A stretch of DNA of 64,000 nucleotides from Acidimicrobiales bacterium (GTDB lineage Bacteria; Actinomycetota; Acidimicrobiia; Acidimicrobiales; CADCTF01): contig DATLGL010000014.1 in assembly GCA_035540495.1 (NCBI GenBank), positions 8,910 to 72,909 on the forward strand. Direction: 5' to 3'. The position numbers and the translations under genes were made by a program. Shown piece by piece: positions 1 through 10,288 of the stretch. The notes beneath the pieces are model-generated. The model was not told where the DNA came from, searched no databases, and was given only the letters and a program-made list of their open reading frames with translations. Position 1 is the first letter of the stretch, and each line of letters starts with the position of its first letter.

Positions 1-1
1 C

Positions 2-625
2 CTCGCCGCGAAGGGGTACCGAGGCGCCATGCCCGTCATCGGTCTCGGCATCGACACAGCGCGCTTTGCCCCGGCCCAGCACACCGCAGCTCGCCCTTTC
101 ACCGTCGGCTACGTCGGCCGTCTCGAGAGCCACAAGGGCGTCGCGGTGCTGATCGATGCTCTCACGCAGGTGCCGTCGGCAGAGCTGCGCGTGGTCGGAG
201 CGGGCCCTGACCGCACCCGGCTCGAGGAGCGTGCCGGGGCGCTCGGCAGCCGCGTGCGGTTCGTCGACTTCGTCGACCACGCGTCGCTCCCGGGCCTCTA
301 TCGCACGTTCGATGTCGTCGCGATCCCGTCACTGCCGACACCACGATGGAAGGAGCAGTTTGGGCGGGTTGCCGTCGAGGCGATGGCCAGCGGCGTGCCC
401 GTCGTCGCCTCCGCCGATGGCTCGCTTCCCGAAGTGGTGGGGCCAGGCGGAATCCTCGTACCTCCCGGTGATCCCGATGCGCTTGCCGACGCGATCAACC
501 AGCTGCTCGAACACCCCGAGCTTCGGGACAATTACGCGCGAGCGGGACGCGAGTGGGTATCCCGTTACTCCTGGGAGGCCGTCGCCGACCGCCATTACCG
601 GGTGTACGAGGCGGCGACGCTATGA
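2..625 (+). CDS. GT4 family glycosyltransferase, C-terminal part (truncated by window start)
   Basis: VGYVGRLESHKG and EQFGRVAVEAMASGVPVVAS GT-B motifs; frame is open back to the window edge. Confidence 0.9.
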   Translation, partial: LAAKGYRGAMPVIGLGIDTARFAPAQHTAARPFTVGYVGRLESHKGVAVLIDALTQVPSAELRVVGAGPDRTRLEERAGALGSRVRFVDFVDHASLPGLYRTFDVVAIPSLPTPRWKEQFGRVAVEAMASGVPVVASADGSLPEVVGPGGILVPPGDPDALADAINQLLEHPELRDNYARAGREWVSRYSWEAVADRHYRVYEAATL

Positions 626-3600
626 ATGTCGACGTTGTCATCGTCACGTACCGCTCCGAAGCGCTGCTCCCCCAGTGCCTCGAGTCCGTGCCGCGTGGTA
701 CCAACGTCATCGTCGTCGACAACGCGTCGGGCGACAAGAGCGCTGTTATCGCGCGCAAGGCCGGAGCGACGGTCATCGAGAACAGCGAAAACGTCGGGTT
801 CGCAGCTGCTGCCAATCAAGGGGCGGCAGCGGGAGACAACCCATATGTGCTGTTCCTGAATCCCGATGCGGTGCTCCAGCCGGGGTGCGTCGAAGCGCTC
901 GAACGAGCTCTCAACGGCGACCCTGATGCCGCCATCGCGGGGCCACGCCTCGTATTGGCTGACCGCAGCGGTGAGCAGCGAGTCCGCTGGCCGTTCCCAT
1001 CAGCGGCACGGTCGTGGGCAGAAGCAATCGGGCTCTCGCGACTGCTTCCGACGACCGACGACGCGAGCTTCCTCGTCGGCGCGTGCCTGCTCGTTCGTCG
1101 CAGCGCGTTGGAGGCGGTCGATGGCTTCGACGAGGAGTTCTGGCTGTACGGCGAGGAAGCCGACCTCACCCTCCGCCTCCGCCAGCGCGGGTTCGGCGTG
1201 CTGCACGTGGCAGAGGCGGAGTGCAGCCACATAGGTGGCGCGAGCGGCGAGGGCAGCGACCGGTCGTTCGACGAGTTCCAGCTCGGCACCGAGCGCTTCT
1301 TGCGGAAGCACCGCGGGAGAGGCGCCGTCCTGTCGCACCGACTGGCGCTCCTCGTTGGGTCGGCTCTCCGAGTGGTGGTGCTCACGCTGCTACTCAGGGG
1401 CAGCACACCCACTGCTTGCCACCGCCGCCGCGTTGTGCGCCGCCTCGTCCGCGTGCTCGTTACAGGGCCGCTCGTCGTTCGGTCATCACCTCGGAAATCC
1501 TCGTCCGTCGTGGTTTTGTCGCTCGAACCATGGGACGACGTCTGGCGGCGCAATCAGTTCCTCGTTCGTGAGCTCCTCGCCGCCGACTCATCGCTTCGGG
1601 TCCTGTTCGTCGAACCACCCGTCGACATCCTTCACCACCTCCTGCGCACGCGCCGCCTTCCATCTCTGCCTGGCCTCCGCAAGAGCGATCACGACGAACG
1701 ACTCCTGCTCTTCACTCCGGTGAAGGCCCTGCCGCGGGCGCTGGGTCCGTGGGCAGACCGCGATTTGGTTCGGCAGCTGAAGCGGGTGTTATCACGCTGC
1801 AGTTTCGAGGGGGCAACGCTGTGGGTGAACGATCCCGCATACGCGCAGCTCGCGCGGTGGCGGATGCCGTTAGTTTACGACCTAACTGACGACTGGACGA
1901 AGGCCGATCGGCCGCCTCGCCAGCATCGACGCCTGGTTGAGTGGGACCGGACGCTGACGACCCGCGCGAACGTCGTCACAGCCTGCAGTGACGCGTTGGC
2001 GGCTTCGCACTCCAATGCTCGTGATTTGCGAGTGATTTTGAACGGCGTCGACGTCGACCACTTCCGAGCGCGGCAGGAGCGACCAGCCGACCTCCCAACG
2101 ACGCCCGTCGCGACATACGTCGGGACACTCCACGAGGACCGGCTTGACATCGGCCTCGTCACGAGGACCGCCCGCGCGCTTCCCCAGATCAAGTTCGTTT
2201 TCGTTGGGCCTTGCGCCCTCGGGGCGAGAGCACGGAACGCCCTAGAAGCTGAACCGAACGTGATCCTCCTCGGTCAGCGGCCTTACGAAGTAGTCCCGTC
2301 TTACCTTCAACACAGTGACGTGATCGTGATTCCGCACGTCACGTCAGAGTTCACTGCGACGCTCGACCCGATCAAGGCGTACGAATGCATGGCGGTCGGA
2401 ACGCCCACTGTCGCCACCCCCGTCGTCGGATTCGTCGGCGCCGGCCCCCCGATCCACACCGCGCCGGTGGAAGACTTCGCAGCTGCCGTCGCCGACGCCA
2501 TCGGCATGACACCCGCGCCCCGCGGCGACGTCCCCACATGGCGTTCACGGGGCATCGAGTTCCAAAGGGCGCTCCTCGACGCCCGCCGCCATGTCCAACG
2601 AAGGCGACTTCAAGTTGCCTACGTGAACCACTGCGCCCGGTTGTCCGGTGGAGAACTTGCCCTTGTGCGCCTGCTACCTGCACTGGACGTGGAAGCACAC
2701 GTCATCCTGGGGGAGGACGGTCCGCTCGTGGACAAGCTCCGCCAAGCGGGCGCAAGCGTTGAGATCATTCCGATGGCGGGCGTAGCTCGTGACCTCCATC
2801 GGGAGGCAGTTCGACCAACTCGACTCCCCTTCCGGTCGCTGGTCGCAACAGCCACCTATACGTTCCGGCTCGCTCGACGACTGCGTGAGCTGCGGCCCGA
2901 CCTCGTGCACACGAACTCTTTGAAAGCGGCGATCTACGGGTGCGTCGCGGCCCGATTGGCCTCGCTACCGGTCATTGCACACATCCGCGATCGCATCGCA
3001 TCCGATTACCTCCCTCGCTTCGCCGTCGGCGGCATCCGCGTGTTCTTGCGCTTCGTACCTGACGCGGTCGTAACGAACTCGGCGACTACGTTGCGGACTC
3101 TTCACCTACCGGCATCGCGCACGGCCGTCGTGTCCAGCCCCGTAATTCACGACATTGCAGTCGCGCCGTCGCGGCCAGCGGACCACTCGGACGCGCCAGG
3201 ACTCCACGTCGCGATGGTGGGGAGGATCGCGCCGTGGAAAGGTCAAGACGTCTTCCTACGCGGATTCGCAGCGGCGTTCGACAGAGGGCGCGCACGAGGC
3301 CTTATCGTCGGTGCCCCTCTGTTCGGCGAAGACGAATTCGAACGAGAGATCCGTGCGCTGGCCGACGATCTCGGGATCTCCGACGAGATCGAGTTCCTAG
3401 GCTTCCGTGATGATGTCGACACGATCCTGGCGGACGTAGACATCCTGGTTCACGCTTCCACGCTGCCCGAGCCGTTCGGACAGGTCGTGGTCGAGGGCAT
3501 GGCCGCAGGGGTGGCCGTCGTCGCATCCTCAGAGGGCGGACCAGCTGAGGTAGTCACAGACAGCGTTGACGGTCTCCTTGTGCCGCCGAACGACGTCGCC

Positions 3601-3762
3601 GCCCTAGCAACGGCGCTCCAACGGCTCACCGATGCGACCGTGCGGCGCCGGCTCAGCACAGCGGCACGGGCGCGCGCCGCCGATTTCGCGCCGGCTGTCA
3701 TCGCTCGGCAGGTCGAAGCAGTTTACGACGGTGTGCGGCGCCGGAGGGTCGACTCCTCGTGA
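622..3762 (+). CDS. Multidomain glycosyltransferase (GT2 + GT4-like + GT4 fusion)
   Basis: ATGA overlap with the previous stop; VVIVTY..VVDNAS..FLNPD..YGEEAD (GT2); WRRNQFL..DPIKAYECMAVG (GT4-like); SGGE..VGRIAPWKGQ..EPFGQVVVEGMAAG (GT4). Confidence 0.88.
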   Translation: MNVDVVIVTYRSEALLPQCLESVPRGTNVIVVDNASGDKSAVIARKAGATVIENSENVGFAAAANQGAAAGDNPYVLFLNPDAVLQPGCVEALERALNGDPDAAIAGPRLVLADRSGEQRVRWPFPSAARSWAEAIGLSRLLPTTDDASFLVGACLLVRRSALEAVDGFDEEFWLYGEEADLTLRLRQRGFGVLHVAEAECSHIGGASGEGSDRSFDEFQLGTERFLRKHRGRGAVLSHRLALLVGSALRVVVLTLLLRGSTPTACHRRRVVRRLVRVLVTGPLVVRSSPRKSSSVVVLSLEPWDDVWRRNQFLVRELLAADSSLRVLFVEPPVDILHHLLRTRRLPSLPGLRKSDHDERLLLFTPVKALPRALGPWADRDLVRQLKRVLSRCSFEGATLWVNDPAYAQLARWRMPLVYDLTDDWTKADRPPRQHRRLVEWDRTLTTRANVVTACSDALAASHSNARDLRVILNGVDVDHFRARQERPADLPTTPVATYVGTLHEDRLDIGLVTRTARALPQIKFVFVGPCALGARARNALEAEPNVILLGQRPYEVVPSYLQHSDVIVIPHVTSEFTATLDPIKAYECMAVGTPTVATPVVGFVGAGPPIHTAPVEDFAAAVADAIGMTPAPRGDVPTWRSRGIEFQRALLDARRHVQRRRLQVAYVNHCARLSGGELALVRLLPALDVEAHVILGEDGPLVDKLRQAGASVEIIPMAGVARDLHREAVRPTRLPFRSLVATATYTFRLARRLRELRPDLVHTNSLKAAIYGCVAARLASLPVIAHIRDRIASDYLPRFAVGGIRVFLRFVPDAVVTNSATTLRTLHLPASRTAVVSSPVIHDIAVAPSRPADHSDAPGLHVAMVGRIAPWKGQDVFLRGFAAAFDRGRARGLIVGAPLFGEDEFEREIRALADDLGISDEIEFLGFRDDVDTILADVDILVHASTLPEPFGQVVVEGMAAGVAVVASSEGGPAEVVTDSVDGLLVPPNDVAALATALQRLTDATVRRRLSTAARARAADFAPAVIARQVEAVYDGVRRRRVDSS

Positions 3763-3850
3763 ATGCGCCGCAACGTGCGCAGAACTCGAGGGTAGGACGA
3801 TTGCGCGCCAACCCACCAGTGAGAGCATCCACAAGAGCGTCTGCCACCAC

Positions 3851-4945
3851 ATGAGTTCCACATCGCTGGCGCCCGCCGACTCCGTCAAGGTGATCGCGTT
3901 CTACCTGCCACAGTTTCACCCCATCCCAGAGAACGACGCGTGGTGGGGCCGCGGATTCACCGAATGGACGAACGTCGCCAAGGCGCGGCCGCTGTTTCCG
4001 CGCCACGAGCAGCCGGACCTCCCAGGCGAGCTCGGCTTCTACGACCTGCGTGTACCCGAGACGAGAGAGGCACAGGCGGCTCTCGCGGCCGACCACGGCG
4101 TCGACGCCTTCTGCTACTGGCACTACTGGTTCGCCGGTCGACGCCTCCTCGAGCGCCCCTTCGAGGAAGTGCTCACGAGCGGCACGCCCGACTTCCCGTT
4201 TTGCCTCGCGTGGGCAAACCAGACCTGGTCGGGCATCTGGCATGGAGCAGAGGACCGGATCCTCATGGAGCAGACGTACCCAGGTCCGGAGGACGATCGA
4301 GCCCATTTCGAGTACCTGCTTCCGGCGTTCGACGACGACCGGTACCTCAAGGTCGACGGACGTCCGGTGTTCTACGTCTTCCGACCTGAGCAGCTACCCG
4401 ACCCCGTCGCCTTCACTCGCCGTTGGCAGGACATGGCTCGAGCGCACGGTCTCGCAGGGCTGTACCTCGTCGCTGAGATCTCCGACCTCCACGGAAACGG
4501 CCCGAAGATCGGACGCCCTGAGGAACTCGGGTTTGACGCTGGTGTGTACATTCGCCTGCCGTTCCAGGCATCCACGGTTGACATGCTCTGGATGCGCTTC
4601 AAACGCAAGGTTCTGCGGTGGCCGGAGATGTACGACTACAGCCCCACCCCCATCGAGCCGCCTCCGTCCCTCAACCGCCCGAACGTACACACGTGCGTGT
4701 ATCCGAACTGGGACAACACACCGCGCTCGGGTCGACGCGGGCTCGTGATCCGCGGATCGTCTCCCGAGGACTTCGCCGCCCACCTCCGCCACGGCTTAGA
4801 GCTGACAGCGTCGCGCCCACAGGACCACCGGTTTCTCTGGATCAAGTCGTGGAACGAGTGGGCGGAAGGCAATCGTCTCGAGCCGGGCGCGAGTGACGGG
4901 CGCGCCTACCTCGAGGTGATCCGCCGGATCAGGGAGCTCGCATGA
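3851..4945 (+). CDS. WbsX-like / GH99-like domain protein
   Basis: IAFYLPQFHPIPENDAWWGRGFTEWTNV, PNWDNTPR and WNEWAEG signatures. Confidence 0.9.
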   Translation: MSSTSLAPADSVKVIAFYLPQFHPIPENDAWWGRGFTEWTNVAKARPLFPRHEQPDLPGELGFYDLRVPETREAQAALAADHGVDAFCYWHYWFAGRRLLERPFEEVLTSGTPDFPFCLAWANQTWSGIWHGAEDRILMEQTYPGPEDDRAHFEYLLPAFDDDRYLKVDGRPVFYVFRPEQLPDPVAFTRRWQDMARAHGLAGLYLVAEISDLHGNGPKIGRPEELGFDAGVYIRLPFQASTVDMLWMRFKRKVLRWPEMYDYSPTPIEPPPSLNRPNVHTCVYPNWDNTPRSGRRGLVIRGSSPEDFAAHLRHGLELTASRPQDHRFLWIKSWNEWAEGNRLEPGASDGRAYLEVIRRIRELA

Positions 4946-6018
4946 TGTCCGAGGTGCGGGCGAAGACGAACAGCCCACTGCGCATCGCACTCATCTCGTA
5001 TTACCTCCCGAGCGAAAGCAAGATCGGCGTCGGGTACTGGGTGCACTCGTACGCCAATGCGCTGGTGGAACGCGGACACCAGGTGACGGTGCTATCTCCT
5101 TGCGCGCGTCCTGACGACGCGCTGTATGACGTCGAGCGCGTTGCCCTCAGCGGAGCGAACCGCACGTTCAAGTTCGCGCTCGCGATGCGACACGTCGACT
5201 GGAGCCGCTTCGATGTCCTGCACGCTAACGGCGACGACTACTGGCTCTGGAAGCGACGGGTCCCCGTGCACATCCGAACTATGCACGGCAGCTGCTTCAG
5301 CGAGGCGCTCCACATCAAAGGCATCAAGGAACGGGCCCGGATGTTGGCGCTCGGCGTGGGTGAACTGCTGGCGACCCTCGTCGCCGACCAGACGGCGTGC
5401 GTGTCGCCGGAGACCCGACGCTGGATGCCATGGGTGCGGACAGTGATCCCTGTCGGCGTCGATCTCCGGCGGTTCACGCCTGCGAGTGAGAAGGAGCCAG
5501 CGCCGACAATCCTCTTCGTCGGGACGTACCACCAGCGCAAACGGGGGAAACTTCTGATGGAAGTGTTCCAAGACGAGGTGCGGCCGGCCGTTCCGGATGC
5601 TCGACTGTGGATGGTCTGCAGCGATGCGCCGTCGGCTCCGGGCGTGGAAGTTCTTGGACGACTCTCGAACGAGGAGTTGGTCCGGCGCTACCAACGCGCG
5701 TGGATCTTTTGCCTGCCATCTTCGTACGAGGGGCTTGGCGTCCCATATATCGAGGCGATGGCGTGCGGACTGCCGGTAGTCGCAACGCCGAATCCCGGCT
5801 CAAGGTTTGTCCTCGGAGGCGGAGCGCACGGCGCGCTAGCTCGTTCATCCGACCTCGGGCAGCGTGTCGCTGAGCTTCTAACAGACGCGCGACTGCGGGC
5901 GGACATGTCACACCGATCGCTCATGAGAGCCCGTGACTTGTCTCTAGACGCGGTGTTACGTGCATACGAGGTCCTCTACGCCGACGGCGATTCAGGCCGT
6001 CACACTTGGACATGGTGA
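4942..6018 (+). CDS. GT4 family glycosyltransferase
   Basis: LRIALISYY N-terminus; EGLGVPYIEAMACGLPVV. Confidence 0.9.
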   Translation: MMSEVRAKTNSPLRIALISYYLPSESKIGVGYWVHSYANALVERGHQVTVLSPCARPDDALYDVERVALSGANRTFKFALAMRHVDWSRFDVLHANGDDYWLWKRRVPVHIRTMHGSCFSEALHIKGIKERARMLALGVGELLATLVADQTACVSPETRRWMPWVRTVIPVGVDLRRFTPASEKEPAPTILFVGTYHQRKRGKLLMEVFQDEVRPAVPDARLWMVCSDAPSAPGVEVLGRLSNEELVRRYQRAWIFCLPSSYEGLGVPYIEAMACGLPVVATPNPGSRFVLGGGAHGALARSSDLGQRVAELLTDARLRADMSHRSLMRARDLSLDAVLRAYEVLYADGDSGRHTWTW

Positions 6019-7001
6019 AGATCCACCTAGCCGACATGGGCGTCCCAGAAGCACACTCGGCGCGGCTCGGTTTCCGTTACCTTGCGCAAAGGGACGAGAC
6101 GAGGGTCCATATCCTTGTCGATAACCCCGCTGACGCGGATGCGACCCTGTTCGTGGACTGTCACTTGGTCGGGGACCGAAGCGTGAACAAGCTCATCCGC
6201 CAAAGTAACGCATACAGGACGCGGCCTGACACGTGCATTGTATATGACGAGAGAGACCGCCCTTGGTGCGAGGCGCGGGGACTTTACGTCAGCATGCCCG
6301 CTCGCACATTCCGGCCCCAACATCAAATCGCATTTCCCTATTACACCGTGAACGATCCGCGTTCTTGGGCAGATTCCGCCACGCAGGAGGCTGACTCGCC
6401 CGACTTGCTCTTCAGCTTCATTGGGTCCGCCACCCACCGTTCGCGCAGGCCGCTATTCAACATGCGGCACCCACGTTCACTCGTAAGGGAAGTGAACGAT
6501 TTCGTCTTCTTCGATCCGTCCTCTCCTCGCTTCAATGAAAGGCGTCATGAGTTCGCGACCTCGTTGATGCGATCGAAGTTCGTGCTCTGCCCCCGAGGAC
6601 AGGGTACGTCTTCGATACGCTGCTATGAGACGCTAGCGGCAGGTCGTGTTCCGGTCGTCATCTCGGACGATTGGGTGCCACCCGGCGGTATCGACTGGTC
6701 TTCATGTTCGTTGCGGTGGCCGGAGAACGTTACGGCAGGGTTGATCGAACTCCTGGAGGAGCATGAGCCGTACGCGGCCGACATGGGCCGAAATGCGCGC
6801 CTTGCATTCGAACGAACCCTCGCCCCAGAAGTCATGTTCGACCGTATCGGCAACGCGATCCAGTCACTCCTTGATCAGGAGATCCGCATGCATTTCCCCA
6901 CCCGGGGCTTTTGGACGACGTCGACAATTCTCTTTCACGCGGCACGCGCCAATCGACGACGGATTCGTCGGATTATTCACCCGCGACCAAAGTGTGGCTG
7001 A
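6012..7001 (+). CDS. Exostosin-like (GT47) glycosyltransferase
   Basis: LFSFIGS and SKFVLCPRGQGTSSIRCYETLAAGRVPVVISD motifs. Confidence 0.82.
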   Translation: MVKIHLADMGVPEAHSARLGFRYLAQRDETRVHILVDNPADADATLFVDCHLVGDRSVNKLIRQSNAYRTRPDTCIVYDERDRPWCEARGLYVSMPARTFRPQHQIAFPYYTVNDPRSWADSATQEADSPDLLFSFIGSATHRSRRPLFNMRHPRSLVREVNDFVFFDPSSPRFNERRHEFATSLMRSKFVLCPRGQGTSSIRCYETLAAGRVPVVISDDWVPPGGIDWSSCSLRWPENVTAGLIELLEEHEPYAADMGRNARLAFERTLAPEVMFDRIGNAIQSLLDQEIRMHFPTRGFWTTSTILFHAARANRRRIRRIIHPRPKCG

Positions 7002-7160
7002 CTCTGCGACGTGCCCTCCTCAGGCTTCTCCAACCGGCACCTCCTGAGTCATCAGAGCAGACTTCGCCAGATTGACACCGAGTTGCTGAACGGAAACCCG
7101 CGGCTCCGTCTGTCCCGCACACTCAACTCGACGTCGAACGTAGCTGGCGGAGGTGCGGGT

Positions 7161-7823
7161 TCAGGTGCCTTCAAAAAAGGATGTAGGACCGAGACGCACA
7201 AGTCGTCGGTAGCCAACCCCGCCAAGGAACTCTGCGACCGAGCGGCCTTCGTGTTCCTCAGCTGCGATAACGCGCGGTCGGAATCGTTCCCAATCATTTG
7301 ACCGTAATACCTCGAGGTCGTGACCCTCGCAGTCGACGCACAGGAATTGCGAATCCTCAGCGCCATGCTCGGCGACCACCGCTGCCAGAGTCCTCGTCTC
7401 AACTTCAATCGTGTCGGCGGCCATGCCGCGCCAAAGGTAAGACCCATCGTTGATCCCAGAGAACGAACCTGCGCGGCTGAATGCCACGATTCCTTCGCCA
7501 GTCGAGATCGCGTACCGAAGGTTGACGTCGCGGGGCCGGTACGCGTGGAAGAGCGCGAACGCATCTGGATCGGGCTCGATGTTCATGCCACGCCAGCCAT
7601 GGCGGTGTAGCAAGAGCGTGTTCGACAGATGGAACGGGTGGAACGCCCCGACGTCGACGTACGTACCAATTTCATCCCCGAAGTACGACAGCAAGAACAC
7701 GTCCTCGCCGAATTGGGAGAACGAAACGGTTCGCGACCATGCGAGGTCAACAAGGCCGATCTCTCGTCGGCGCAGTCGACGGCCTATGAGTACTGCTGGA
7801 CGCAGCCGATCCTTCAATGTCAC
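7161..7823 (-). CDS. FkbM family SAM methyltransferase
   Basis: SQFGED, YVDVGAFHP..SNT, GWRGMNIEP, VDCEGHDLEVL; start uncertain (frame open to 7886). Confidence 0.88.
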   Translation of the reverse strand: MTLKDRLRPAVLIGRRLRRREIGLVDLAWSRTVSFSQFGEDVFLLSYFGDEIGTYVDVGAFHPFHLSNTLLLHRHGWRGMNIEPDPDAFALFHAYRPRDVNLRYAISTGEGIVAFSRAGSFSGINDGSYLWRGMAADTIEVETRTLAAVVAEHGAEDSQFLCVDCEGHDLEVLRSNDWERFRPRVIAAEEHEGRSVAEFLGGVGYRRLVRLGPTSFFEGT

Positions 7824-8165
7824 CGTGCCATCGTAAGTCAGGGTCCAGAGCGGACAGCCCAGAACGACAACCGTCTTCGGTTGCACCCGTCGCTGTCAGT
7901 ACACCTCAAGCTCGAATCGTCACGGCGTGGGCGCCGCGCGCCCACCACCGCCGGCGGTTGCCTGCGTCACACCACGAATAGAGGTCCAGCCCTGGATGAA
8001 GAACTGACCGCTCCGACCTGCGTGGCCTGCGCCTGTCCGCGGGCGTTTCGTCGTACTCAACAAGTGAGACTCGTCGCTATCGCCACGAGGCCGTCGCGAC
8101 GTTTAGATCAACTCACCAGAGTAAGAGCCGTTGTAACAAAGTGGGTCGGTCCGAATCGACCGCTG

Positions 8166-9089
8166 TCATTCATTGAAGGTCACCGCACGATATAGGCCGA
8201 GCACCACGCCAAGGGAAGCTGCAACTAGGCGCGGAACAGCCCGAGCACCTCGCGTCCGAACTTCACGCGCGTGGCCGCTGATCACCGCTACTACTGCTCG
8301 CGGCGGAAGGCGATGACGGAAGCCGAAGTGGTGAGCCAGGACAAAAATGTGGTTGCGCGTGGCCGTGAGTTCGTAGCGCAGGTCGAACCGTCGCCCTCGA
8401 GCTTGCGGAGCACCAATGTGGCGAACAACGGCCTTCGGGTTGAACCTCAGCGTCCAACCGGCGCGAGACACCCGAAGACTCAGCAACAGATCTTCACGCA
8501 CCGCAGAGACACCGGCTGGCCAGTCGGGGATACCGCCTGCCTCCTCAAGCGCCCGCCGCCGAAATGACATATTGCAGCCGATCAGGTGATCAACCGAAAT
8601 CGATGAACCCGGATCGGCTGCAAAGTAGCCGGTCGTGAGCCCGTTCGGTAACAGGCGACCGATCTCACCCACGCCCTCGCGCGCTTCGTCCGGCTGGCCA
8701 TTCAATGCACGACCGCCCACGCCTCCAACACCGTCTTCATACGTCGCAGCTAGCTCTTCCAGCCAACTCGGAGCAGCAAACGCGTCGTCATCAAGGAACG
8801 CTATGGCCGCGCCCGTGGAGTGCTCCACGCCGAGTCGACGAGAGAGGGGCAGCGTGCCTAGCCCAGCGGTGTTGTGGAGGTAGCGAACTCCGCGGAATGC
8901 ACTAGTGATCGACTCCGCACTGCGCGACGCGGAGCCGTCTACAACCAAGATTTCAAGCGGACGCTTCGTCTGACGTTCAAGATGTGACAAGCATTCACGG
9001 AGCACGTCTGGACGCTCGTAGGTGGCAATCACCACTGAGACGTCACAAGGACGAATCTCTCGCTTGGTCGGTCGCGTGTTCTCCTTCAC
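8166..9089 (-). CDS. GT2 family glycosyltransferase
   Basis: VSVVIATYER, VVDGS, AFLDDD, GCNMSFRR, EDL; GTGA overlap with upstream stop. Confidence 0.9.
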   Translation of the reverse strand: MKENTRPTKREIRPCDVSVVIATYERPDVLRECLSHLERQTKRPLEILVVDGSASRSAESITSAFRGVRYLHNTAGLGTLPLSRRLGVEHSTGAAIAFLDDDAFAAPSWLEELAATYEDGVGGVGGRALNGQPDEAREGVGEIGRLLPNGLTTGYFAADPGSSISVDHLIGCNMSFRRRALEEAGGIPDWPAGVSAVREDLLLSLRVSRAGWTLRFNPKAVVRHIGAPQARGRRFDLRYELTATRNHIFVLAHHFGFRHRLPPRAVVAVISGHAREVRTRGARAVPRLVAASLGVVLGLYRAVTFNE

Positions 9090-10288
9090 CTTCCACTCCG
9101 GCCGCCGCACGTCAGAACGATCTCCGCCAGCATGCTCTCAAGCCCCGACAGCGCCTGCTGCAAATCCCAGTTCTGCTGCACGTGTCGCCTGGCCGCTAGA
9201 CCCGCCACGCGGGCGGCAGATCTATCCGCACTCAAGCGATCGATGGATTTCGCGAAAGCGAAGACATCACGGGGACTGAGACATTCTGGAGGAAGACTCT
9301 CGCGAGGACCTGCTTCGTTCACTGCAACAACGGGCAATCCAGTGGCTGCGCCTTCAAGGGGAGCCAAGCCCAGCGGCTCCAGCGTGGCTGCAAACAAGAA
9401 CACATCGGACGCGTGCAACTCCTGCACGAGTTCTGCATCTGAGACCTGGAGTCGGAGCGTGAAGTCCACACCCAGACCCGCAGCGAGGTGGTGCATCCGG
9501 GTCGCGAAGTCTCGATGAGCGAAGTTTGCGACCCATGTCAGTTGCCGAACACCAGCAGACGCTGCCACCGCTCGGATTATGAAATCCACCCCTTTGCCTG
9601 GGACGAGAGCGCCGACGGAGATCGCGCGTTCTACCGGACGATGGCGTTCTACATGTGGGAAACGGCACAGGTCCACACCGAGTCTGGCCATCCACGCTGT
9701 TAACCCATACGCTCGCGTTATCGACTCGCACGAGAAATACGAGTTCGTCAGCACCCGAGCATAACAGCGGGCGTTCACCGCTTCGCGTCGTGCTTGTTCG
9801 GAGGCCTCTACGACGGCAAGATGCCGAGCGAGGCGCGGCTTCAGCCCTCGTCCTCCTTCGAGACAGCCAATAAAGGACCGGTCCCCAAACTCGAAGAGAT
9901 GGCGATTAGGTTCTTGCAGATAGAGAACCGACGGACAGTCGACGAGACCGCCGATGCACGGCGCGTACTGCTCTACGCATGGGTGCGCCAGGAGCACATC
10001 AAATTTGCCATCATTGATCGCGTTTGCGCACGCCTGTGCGTGGGCGAGATGGCGTTCGTAGAGCCGATCCTTGCCTCGTAGGACATCTGCGACTCGTCCG
10101 GGCAAAGTGGTCTTCCGGCGCTCGGCTAGTGGTACCCGTTGTTCGTTCGCAGGCGGCTGAAGGGGTGCCGCAGCGGGGGGCGACCAAACTGCAACTTCGT
10201 GACCTCTAGCCATGAGACCGTGCACCTGGTCCGACATCGCGCGGTGCGCTCCGCCAGAGCCAAGGTTGTGCCAGACAGCTATTCGCAT
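9086..10288 (-). CDS. GT4 family glycosyltransferase
   Basis: MRIAVWHNLGSGGA; EPLGLAPLEGAATGLPVV. Confidence 0.88.
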   Translation of the reverse strand: MRIAVWHNLGSGGAHRAMSDQVHGLMARGHEVAVWSPPAAAPLQPPANEQRVPLAERRKTTLPGRVADVLRGKDRLYERHLAHAQACANAINDGKFDVLLAHPCVEQYAPCIGGLVDCPSVLYLQEPNRHLFEFGDRSFIGCLEGGRGLKPRLARHLAVVEASEQARREAVNARCYARVLTNSYFSCESITRAYGLTAWMARLGVDLCRFPHVERHRPVERAISVGALVPGKGVDFIIRAVAASAGVRQLTWVANFAHRDFATRMHHLAAGLGVDFTLRLQVSDAELVQELHASDVFLFAATLEPLGLAPLEGAATGLPVVAVNEAGPRESLPPECLSPRDVFAFAKSIDRLSADRSAARVAGLAARRHVQQNWDLQQALSGLESMLAEIVLTCGGRSGR

